The notes under the pieces were generated by a model. It searched no databases. It saw only the letters and a list, made by a program, of their open reading frames with translations, and was not told the DNA's origin. From Asterias rubens (taxonomy: Eukaryota): 64,000 nucleotides of DNA. Position numbers and translations under genes: made by a program. The stretch is taken from assembly GCF_902459465.1 (NCBI RefSeq), contig NC_047066.1, positions 6,696,001 to 6,760,000 on the forward strand, in the 5' to 3' direction. Positions 9,501 to 19,400 of the stretch are shown piece by piece (the first letter of the stretch is position 1; every line of letters starts with the position of its first letter).

Positions 9501-11936
9501 TTACATAAGAGTGGACTAACCACTGGGACCTGGTTGTTAATATTTTCATGTTTAAAAGTTGCAAGCACTGCTTCAGACCTCTTTATTCAAGTACATTTTT
9601 AGCAGCAGGTTTGGGGAGTTGTTACATAAGAGTGGACTAACCACTAGGACCTGGTTGTTAATATTTTCATGTCTAAAAGATGCAAGCACTGCTTCAGACC
9701 TCTTTATTCAATTACGTTTGTAGCAGCAGGTTTGGGGAGTTGTTACATAAGAGTGGACTAACCACTAGGACCTGCATGGTTGTTAATATTTTCATTTCTA
9801 AAAGATGCAAGCATATGCAAAATGACGTCATAAGGTCATTCTCGCTCGGGTATTCTCCGATGGGCCGAACCGCTGTGGAGTTTAGTATTTAGTGCCTTCC
9901 TGCAATAATTTTACAACATTAAAAAATATAGTATCTAAAAAACTAATTTACCTCGAGATATCCCTTTTTGTTAAAATAAGTGAAAAAGTAGTGGCGCCAT
10001 ATAAGCTTGGGCGATACCACGATATTATCGAATATCGCGATACTAATTTAGAAACGATATCGATATCGGATCGATTTTGTATTAATCGAAATATCGGTAA
10101 ATCGCGATATCGACTAAGTATCGCGATGTATTTCCTAGCCGAGACGTCTCGCGACAATAAATCTCATAGTGGAGATAATCTTACATCATCACTAAAGAGC
10201 TGCGAGTCACCGCAAGATTCCTTTGTAGATTGGACCGACCGGGTTTCTTCGGAGAAAAAACCCAATCAAAGCAGAGATTAGGCGGCCTTACACAGACTAC
10301 CGAAAACTACATTTAGAATCACTATTGTATCACATTACACTCCCTTTGAGTGTGCGGCTCAGGGCCGCTGTCTGCGCCCATCTGAGGTGTAAATCGGCTA
10401 TTAAACTTGGTAGTTTATTTGGTTAGGCTCTATAGAGAAGAGTGATGGTCAACTCAGTTTGGAAATAATTAAAAGAGCCGATCTTTTAATTATTTCCAAA
10501 CTGACTTGGCCATCATTCTACTTCAATCGTTCAAAGATGGAAGGTGAACTGCGTCTTGTGTCTAAGAAAAAAACAACTTCTGCCGTATGGGTTCATTTTG
10601 GTATTGCTGTTGATGAAGACGGAAAAGCAACGACTGAAAATGAAGCGACCTGCCGCATTTGCTTCAAAAAGGTCTCAATCAAAGGTGGCACTACGTCAAA
10701 TTTAAGCAGTCATCTCAAGGTAAAACACCCTGCCGAGTCGGCAAGACTACAGCCCTCTGCGTCGCCATCACAATCAAATAGAGCCGGTCCATCGAGATCA
10801 AATCTAACCACCATCACGGATGCATTTACCCGTCCAAAAAGAAAGTTTTATTTGAAAAAAGAAATCAACTGCCAATGGTGCGTCATTGAATTACCAAACA
10901 TTACTAAATTATGTAAGCCTTTACTTTTACGACGGCAGCGCTAATCAATTGAATACATTTACCGATCTGTTGGTAAATGTATTCAATTGATAAGCGCTGC
11001 CACACTGCGCCGTCAAATAAAAGTAAAGACCTACTGAATATTGGCCTCCCTCCTCACTCTCAGTCTGTGACACAGCCGCAAGATTCCTTTGTAGATTGGA
11101 CCGGCCGGGTTGTTTCAGGGGGGAAAAAACATCAAAGCGGGGATTAGGCGGTCTCACACAGACTACCGAAAACTACAGTGTGTCTGCAGAACGCCAGGGT
11201 CACTGCATGCTCACTGCACCACCACGTGTGTGCTGCACCACCACGTGTGTGCAAGTAGCGCTAGCGCAAACTTATTAGTCATGCAAACAATAGAGCAGTC
11301 TGTCATGCGCAGACGTTAACATCTTAAACACATGTAGTAAGTAATGGCCCCTAGTTTTACACCCCATTGGTTTGGAGTAAAACCAGAAGAATAGGTCATT
11401 ACAACACCTCTCTTATATGCTACAACTGTCTCTTCTACAACTTTCACTGGGAGTTTGAAGACTGATGATGTTAAATTTAATTAATCGCGATTATCGAATA
11501 TCGCGATATATTGTTGGCGATATATCGTGAATAAAATAAATCGATATCGCCCAAGCTTAGTGCCATACGAAAAGTTATCCTATCTTTCTTTAAAAATATT
11601 CCCTATAAATAAGCTTTACGTTCACAAAAACCAATAAACTTGGTTTTTAGTTTCAGACCATGTTGACATACAAAACTCTGACTGGTGAGGGACAACAGCG
11701 CCCTCATTGGCAATTGCAGTTGAGAAAAAAAGAATGAACACAAATATCTGAACAATTCCGACAAAAGTCACGAGTCGAAGTTGAAAGAAAATAAACCTTA
11801 TATAATAGAAACTTACATGTGGTGACTTTGATGTGACAGTACTTTGCGAAACATCACATCCATTTTCACATCCATTTTCACATGATAAACAAGTTCTTAT
11901 GCCCTTACACCCACATTTCTCTCCCCAATCCACCAT
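6553..11936 (-). CDS. ALKBH4: Alpha-ketoglutarate-dependent dioxygenase AlkB homolog 4; exons 11936-11817, 8358-8131, 7113-6553 (about 302 aa)
   Basis: N-terminal CGCKGIRTCLSCE motif, then FPGVILIPEFVSEEEE...SQSGRWKQ|DYGPKVNFK, LEYRPDRGSSIDPHRDDSWLWGERL (HxD iron ligands), a distal His (HDWNHGI) and RRLAITLRE (2OG-binding Arg). All junctions are phase 0 GT-AG. Confidence 0.95.
7444..7817. mobile_element. TTAA-MITE, subfamily 2 (TIR AGCCATTATACACTTTCGGTA)
   Basis: TTAA flanks on both sides and inverted termini. The internal aaaataacaaacctgtgaaaattt block is shared with the main family. A second, 3'-truncated copy is at 54819-55140. Confidence 0.8.
8814..8899. repeat. Long imperfect inverted repeat (hairpin) in ALKBH4 intron 1
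   Basis: agggcgctgtactcctttt..aagtttgtcatta [12-nt loop] taatgacaaactt..aaaaggagtacagcgccct. Confidence 0.8.
9359..9812. repeat. Minisatellite with a unit of about 120 bp, about 3.8 copies
   Basis: cagcaggtttggggagttgttacataagagtggactaaccact(a/g)ggacc... recurs at about 9361, 9483, 9603 and 9724. Confidence 0.9.
10002..11559 (+). mobile_element. Internally deleted hAT DNA transposon carrying a BED zinc-finger ORF remnant
   Basis: TIRs TAAGCTTGGGCGATA / TATCGCCCAAGCTTA, an 8-bp TSD (gcgccata / gtgccata, 7 of 8 matching), subterminal arrays of atcg/cgat motifs and a BED-finger ORF at 10537-10944. Confidence 0.88.
10537..10944 (+). pseudogene. Truncated hAT transposase N-terminus (BED zinc finger)
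   Basis: SAVWVHF...ATCRICFKKV...GTTSNLSSHLKVKHP matches the BED pattern (W.F, CxxC, HxxxxH). No DDE catalytic core follows. Confidence 0.8.
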
Positions 11937-12420
11937 TTTCACACATGCGCGTATAGTCCAGTACATGTAGCCCAAATACACACGACTACGCATGACGATG
12001 AACGCGCCCAATAGCCCCAAAATTGGGCTTGGATATCGCCCGATTATGGGATATCCTCAAAGAGGGCGCTATACAAATTATACAGCGCCCTCCTCCTCCT
12101 TTTCTCTTTGTGACGGCGACGCGGCGGTCATAGGTTGGCTCATATTTTTCAACGGATCGTCTCAAAAAAGTTTGTCGTTTTGCAAGATCTTGAGGTGTTA
12201 GCTTCTGAGAAGGCAAGGAAACATTCATCGATTCGTAAGTAACCTTTTCGTAAATAAATTCTATTAATTCAAACAGTGGATGTTCTCGTTTCATGGGAGT
12301 GTCGATCGCGCCACTTTGCTCAATTTTGAGCGACATTTTTTTTTCCAGGGGCGCGTCGCGACCAGTAACAAATTTTCAAACATGAGATCGCAGTTTTTAG
12401 ACATTATTTTAATGAATCTT
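11937..12420. promoter_or_regulatory. Probable bidirectional promoter region of ALKBH4 and LRWD1
   Basis: Locally CpG-enriched, repeat-free stretch directly upstream of the ALKBH4 ATG and between the divergent genes. Transcription starts cannot be seen from sequence alone. Confidence 0.5.
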
Positions 12421-13040
12421 TATTGATTACAATAAATCATATTTTACCAGATATTCTGGACGTGCTAAAAATGGAAAAAGTGAGGTGATCTTGTATGAAT
12501 TTCAGGTTAAATATCCTTTCACTTGCCATGGTCCCAAAATTATTTTTATATTTTGATGATTTTTTCCATCTCGTTTCCGTCTGTAGAGGGCGCTGTAAAA
12601 ATACAATTTGCATGTTTGTTTTGGTTTCATTCAAAAGTTTTACTGAGTCATTTTTGACTGAAAACAAGATTGCAATGGTACCTCACGGGGGTTCCCATGA
12701 AATTTGAAACAGGATTACTAACATGAATTTTTAATTTAAAAATTTATAATTTGCAAAACTATAGTAGAGTTGGCCTGCACAGGAAATAAAATTACTCAAA
12801 TAAAAAGTATTATTGGAGTGAATGACCAGAGAGAAGAGACCAAAGCCAAAGGTTTAGGCAGTTTTTTTTTCTCCAATTATAATATATCACTGTATCAAAT
12901 GGTACAACATTATCTGTTCAGTTCCATTGTTTTATTAAATTAAATGTTATGGTCTGAAAATCGTCCAATGTGATTTACTTTCTCACAGACTAAAACACTT
13001 AAAAAATGCCACTCTTTTCATGTCCTTGAATGTTATTTCT

Positions 13041-13350
13041 TTCAATTCAATTCAATTCAATTCAATTAACTTTATTTCCAACTCCAAACAAGTAAACAAA
13101 ACAATTAGGAGTGAATCAAGAATTATGTTTTACAAGCAAATGGAATAATGATAATACATGAAGTAATAATACAACATTTACAAGCAAAAGCAAAATATAA
13201 ATTACGGAAAACAAAACAAAACCAAAACAGCACAAGGTGATGGGGTTGTAGGGGGCCCATAAAAAGCAATGCTTGTCGAGGATAGACCCCCCCCCCCCTT
13301 ACGGAAGCAAAACTAATAGGTGGAAAGAGCGAGTAAAATGTAGTGGCATA
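13041..13350 (-). mobile_element. Possible LINE 3' end remnant with an (ATTGA)n tail
   Basis: (ttcaa)5 at 13041-13065 next to tttatt (AATAAA on minus), a layout typical of CR1/L2-clade tails. No ORF remains. Confidence 0.4.
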
Positions 13351-13494
13351 AAAAATCAGTTTACAAAAAGAAACAAACACAATACAGTAGGCGCTATTCT
13401 AAATAAATTCTAAGCAATAAATTAAGAGCTTAACAATAAAATATCAACTTAACCATTTGTTTTTTTGCCCACAACTTTAATCCAGTATAGAAAG

Positions 13495-16400
13495 ATGTCA
13501 GAAAACGCTAACATCCCCGCTGAACCAACACCTACAGAGCCCGATCTGGTGCCCCCTGCTGAAGAAGCTGCACCCATTCTCCAAGTCGAGCCTGCCATTT
13601 CAGAAGAAGCTCCTGTCCCTGAAGACGATTCCACTCCACAACTCCTGGCAGCAGTCGAGCCCGAGCAGACCCTTGACCTCATTCCAGAGGCCCAAGTCGA
13701 AAGCGTCCCAGTCCTTCAACCGGAATCAGTGCCGGAAATCCCAGCAGAGGCGATCCAGAATGCAGCGGAGCTAGCCCAGACTGTGACTTCAGAGAATGTT
13801 CTCCAGATCGCCCTTGAGGCGGTCCAAGCCGTCGCGGAAGCTGTACCCACAGAGGGCATTCCGGAGCAAGTTGCCCAGCTCGCCCCGCAAGAAGCAGCCG
13901 AACCGACGGTCGAGCAAGTGATGTATCCAGTCGCCGATCAGATTATTCCCGTTGAGATCATCAATGCTCCACAAGAGCAGCAAGAGGGAGAGCAAGTCGC
14001 TGAACCCGTCCTGGAGGCCGTCCTGGAACCCGTCATGGAATCTGCCCTGGAACCTGCCATGGAACCTGTCCTGGAAACCGCCCTGGAACCCGCCTTGAAC
14101 GAGGTGGCTCCTGAGCCCCAGGTCGAACAGACCCTAGCTGCCATGCCAACTCTAGAGCCGCCATCCACTGTGCAACCCTACAATCCTCAACACACCGCCC
14201 CGGCCATCTCTCCACCCAAGATCACATCCTACACGGCTGTTCACACGACGACCGGCATCATGCGTTACACGCCAGGGATAATGTCTGCCCTCGCTGGCAA
14301 GTATTCCAACAGCAGTCAGTTAGTGGAGCAGCTGGTACTCAACTGCGCTGGGTGTATCTCCCTGTCGGATATCCGCGTTCTGGACATGTCCAATCGAAAG
14401 ATCATGAACCTTGACCCCGCTGTGTTTTCCCGGATGCCGGAGCTGGAAGAACTGGACATTTCCTTCAATAAAATAAAGGTACTAAGAATAAATGTTCATT
14501 GTAACCCTTGGTGCGACTCTAATAAAACACTTTAAGGCAAGGTATACTTTTGGGAATTGTCAAAGACCACTTTCCTCACTTGGTGTATTCAACATATACA
14601 ATACCTGTGAAAATTTGGGCTCAATTGGTCATCGGAAAAAATCCCCTTGTTGAATAGAATTATGTGCTTTCAGTTTGTTTTTTTAGATGCCCAAGAAACC
14701 TATTTAACTCCATGCACCATTTTGTTTGAAATTCTGAGGCCTCGAAATCAAATTCAAATATTTTAGTGAGAAATGACTTCTTTCTCGAAAAGGACGTTCT
14801 TCAGAGGGAGCCATTTCTCACAATGTTTTATACTATCAACATCTCTCCATTGATTGCTACCAATTAAGTTTTTGTGCTAACAATTATTTTGAGTATTTCC
14901 AGTGCCTTTAAGCAATGGTTACTAAGCCTCAGTATCCTTCACTGGAAGGAATTGGGACGGTAAGGTCCTTCGTTTTAACTTATAAGAGCCATTGTTTTTT
15001 CATACCAGGGTTTTCCAACGCAGCTTGGCCTGAGGAAGCTGAGATACCTGAACCTCAAGAAGAACTCCCTCAAGAGTGTCTTGACACTGGAGCAGTTCCC
15101 CAACCTGGAGGAACTCAATATTGACGAGAATGACCTGAACGTAAGTAGGATTTCAAGCAACCTCGTTTCTGGGGGTGATAAATCTCGCAGTCCCAGTAGG
15201 CAACTCGCTTAAAACCCCTGGAATTGGTTCAATTTTTCTGACATCTGGTACATCTTAAGTTACGCCTTTTGCCAATCCACTCTTCGCACCCGCTCAAGTA
15301 CGGTAGCCTGCAAAACACGGCATCAAGTCAAAGAGCGACTGATCTCCTGAGATTTTCTTTGATTGTTGAGGTGCGAGGTTTTATGTCCTCACTTTTAAGT
15401 GATTTCTGTTGGACCCCCAGAGTTCAGCAAAATGTTGCAATGCGAGTGAGGCTGTCACAGTTTATCACAAACAATACATTCCATTTGGTTTGGGCAGAAG
15501 GACCATTTCTTCCAAGGAAATCTTATCCCATACTGAGAAATGTTCATCATTTGAATATTGATCACTGGGCCTGATAATAAACCATGTTTATTAGAAACAA
15601 CGAACTGATACTTTTAAAATCTTGTGACACCTAGAACAATAGAAAACGAATGTTGAAATGGAAACGAAACACTGGTAGATTCAAAGAAGGAAAAACAAAA
15701 TCGTATAATTTCTGTTTAATTTCTCATGTGTAGCCCCCTGATCAGTACATAGCTGTGTACTTGCTGCCCAAGCTGAAGAAACTCAATGGTAAAGATGTGG
15801 ACATCCGGGACACCATTCAGACAATGGAGGACACCCTAAGGTCAAAGGTAAGATAATTATGAGTATGTGAGGTCGTTTTGTGTTAATCCTCATCCAATTT
15901 CAATGTCCTTTCCAAAGACACAAATTTCAACCAAGTTGGCCCAGTCGTTACTGATTGATGGTAATTTGAATATCAGCGGTTGCGCTATTATCTGATCACC
16001 TCCACTCACGCATTTGTACCGAAACCAACGAGAAAGAGAATGCTGTTGCGTAAAAGACTCTTATCGGATGGAGCTTAACTTAAATTTGAGCTTGTTAAGC
16101 AAAAAATACCCCATAAACCAAATTTAAGCAAATTTGAAGAGGGTAGGGTTTAAAATTCAATTTTTTTTGGGGGGGGGTGGTGATTTGACAAATGACCCTG
16201 TATCCATAAAGAAGACAACACATCATTTCAACATCAACAAATGTATATATATATGGGGTTTTTGTTGTTGTAGATGTTGAAGATCTGGGAGGAGGAGTAT
16301 GCTGCTCGGAATGAGATGCCCCTCAACAAGGCCGAGACGAGATCACTGGAGACAGAGTTTGTTGAACGCCTCAAGGAATCCATCCAGTACGGACCAGGCT

Positions 16401-19400
16401 CCCTGGTGGAATTCACTCATCACATGGTGAGTCAGAGTTTCCTGACGATGCCTAGAGCAGGCTCAATGAAAATGACCCCCTCAATTTTCTATCCTCTGCC
16501 AAGGTAGTAGTTTATAAGGAGGACAGTTCTTTTCAGAACTGGAATAAGTTTCCAAATAAATTTGAAAACCTACTCAGTGGAAGTAGAGAAGTCTCTGAAT
16601 TCCCCCAAAATGTACTCCGCGGTTGTAAAATATACATGTTGAGTAAGACAAGTTCTCAAAAGGAATATAATCTACCCAGCAAGAAGATAAAAAACATGGT
16701 GTTTCCTTGTCATCTTTTACTTGGATCTTTACAAAATCAATCAATTACAAAATATCACGAATAAGATTGTAAAAAGTTAGCTCCGAACAAATTGTCCCTC
16801 TACAGTTTATTTTAGTTGTTTGTTGCATCGAATTTAAGAAAGTGAGCTTCTTTTGTGTACATTTTACAGCTGTCGGTACTTGCGGAGAAGCACGTAACCA
16901 CGCAGACTGCCTACTGGCGCAAGACGGTTCCCGAACTCATCTCCACCTCAAATCAGAGCCCGTCCGCCAGCAAGATCAGCATCAAACTGCCCATTAAAGC
17001 CGAGTCCCCGACGCCCGACGACGCGGAGAAGCCACAGGGAACTTCAAACTCTCTCGCAGCGAGCTTAGAGGCGGCCGTCAAGGAATCAGACGCAGAGTTG
17101 GCTGGCGATGCCGGCGAGGAGACCCCCATGAATGAAAATGATGCTCCAGACGCACCAGCCGACACCCCTGCAACACCAAAGCAAAATTCCCCCGCCCAGG
17201 CCGTGACTAAATCTCCAAGGAAGATAACTGTGGTTGCCGCGGGGAGTAAAAGTCCCGCAAAGACCCCGACGAAAGCCACAACGTTGAAGAGGGCTGCGGC
17301 GTCTGAAACCAATGCTACGAACGGAGACGAACCAAATGCGAAGAAGGCTAAAGAAGGTGACGAGGAGGAGGCGGTAGTTAAGAAAAAGAGGGGCAGGCCG
17401 ATCGGTTCGGGAGGCAAGTACACCAAGAAAGACCCAGGCAAGCCCAAGGCCATCAAGACGGAGCCTAAATCAGAGTCTAGAGTCAGGGCGGCCGCTGCTA
17501 AGCTAGCGGCTAGTGTTACAAGTGTTAGTAGTGATGACAAGAAAGAGAAGGTAAAATACAGAGTTTTGGATGATTTTAAATGTTTCAAGTTTAAAGACTT
17601 TTTGACTGATTTGGGGGGTTTTACCCAAACAGTTGGGCTATAGTTTACAAACGCTGTGTAGCTCCAGTGTATAACATTTATCTAGCGGGAACGATGTAGC
17701 TACACATTTTTTATAAACCTCATTTTTTTTATAAACCTTAACTATTTTTTTGACCTTACAGAAAGTGTCGAGTGGATACGAGGTGATTCACATGCTCCGA
17801 TGCCACTCCATGGAGAATGACCCGACTGATGCCAAGACCAACGTCTGGAAATGTGCATTCGAGCCTAGCTTAGAGAAACCAGGTCAGTATGGCACACCTT
17901 TATAACTAGAACTGGGAGTCCCCTTTAGGCTTCTGGAAGCACACAAATTTTCTTTCATTGTTTTCTTGCAAATTTGATGACCAATTGAGTAAAAACTTTT
18001 GCAGATTTGTTATTTGATGCATTCCGTTGGGATACACCAAGTGATAATACTGTTCTTTGAAGGTTACCGAAGGTGTCCAGTGACTTGGCAGTTATACATC
18101 TGTAACCCTAACCCTAAAAATCTTAAACTCGTCCATCTTGTTAACTATCTTCTCTTATTCTTACAGGTACAAGTAAGTGGACGGTAGCCTCTTGCGGAGG
18201 CAACACGGTGTGTGTCATTGACTGCAGTACGGGGAAAGTGCTCAAGAAATACCAGCATGCTAAAGACAAGGAGGTAGGTCTTATCTCGTCTCATAACAAG
18301 CTTAAGTACCAATACAAATTTACAATTTTCTCATAGAAGTCCCCCTTCTAAGAGGAAAATTGCTTTGCCCCTTTAAAACTGGTCCCTCCTTTTAGCAACT
18401 CCCTTAATACACAGCTTTGAGTTGTGCCAAACAGAGCACATGACCCAACAAACTTGCTGAGAACCATCAAGCTTTTCTTCTAAGAATATTGAAGAAAAGA
18501 TTCAGTATTCTCTCAAGAAAGGAGAAAATATCCCCCAGTAACCAGAATTCAATAATCATGATCAATGATCGATCCACTCATAAAATACTCGTAAATTATC
18601 TGTTGATTTCTCGTCTGACTAGGAGTTCTACTGCGTTGCATGGACCACCATCCCAATGGAAGCAGACGAGGAGGGAGCTGAGAAATGTAACATCCTGGCC
18701 GTAGCGGGCACCAGGGGCAGCGTCAAGCTCCTACACACCAGCCAGCTACTCTGCTACTCAGAGATCAAGGGAGACAGGCGTCCGAGACCCATCAATTCAC
18801 TGCTGTTCCATCCGGTTAACTCGACCTGGCTCATGTGTGAGTTTTCAGATTGGTTTAATTTCGTTTTATTTATTCTTCTTCTTCCTTTCTGGAAGTGCAG
18901 CCTTCATGATTGAAGACAAACACACTGCCAGACACACCGTGGCAAACCCCTTTTCATGATTGAAGACAAACACACTGCCAGACACACCGTGGCAAACCCC
19001 CTTTTCATGATTGAAGATAAACACACGGCAAGACACACCGTGGCAAACCCCTTTTCATGATTGAAGATAAACACACTGCCAGACACACCGTGGCAAACCC
19101 CTTTTCATGATTGAAGATAAACACACTGCCAGACACACAGTGGCAAACCCCTTTTCATGATTGAAGATAAACACACTGCCAGACACACCGTGGCAAAACC
19201 CCTTTTCTTTGCAATAAGTGTGTACTTGTTTTTTGTACAAAAAACGAAGCAATGGTTAAGTGTCTTGCTTAAGGACACAGTGTAACGGCTGGGACTTGAG
19301 CCCTCGCTTTGCTGATCAGAAACACCAGAGCTTGAGTTTAGTACTCTTATCGCACGGCCACGACACCCCTGGTTGTGAATTTGAAAGACTATCAGAAAAG

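Noticed and set aside
9892-10281. 129-aa ORF at the left end of the hAT element
   Set aside because: It runs through the TIR and palindromic subterminal repeats and has no protein-like features.
11986-12336. 116-aa minus-strand ORF upstream of ALKBH4
   Set aside because: No recognisable domain, it lies in the promoter interval, and it does not splice in phase to ALKBH4 exon 1.
16953-17588. 211-aa minus-strand ORF
   Set aside because: Antisense shadow of the low-complexity LRWD1 exon.
18903-19207. CRISPR-like array
   Set aside because: Units are contiguous with no unique spacers, there are no cas genes, and the context is a eukaryotic intron.
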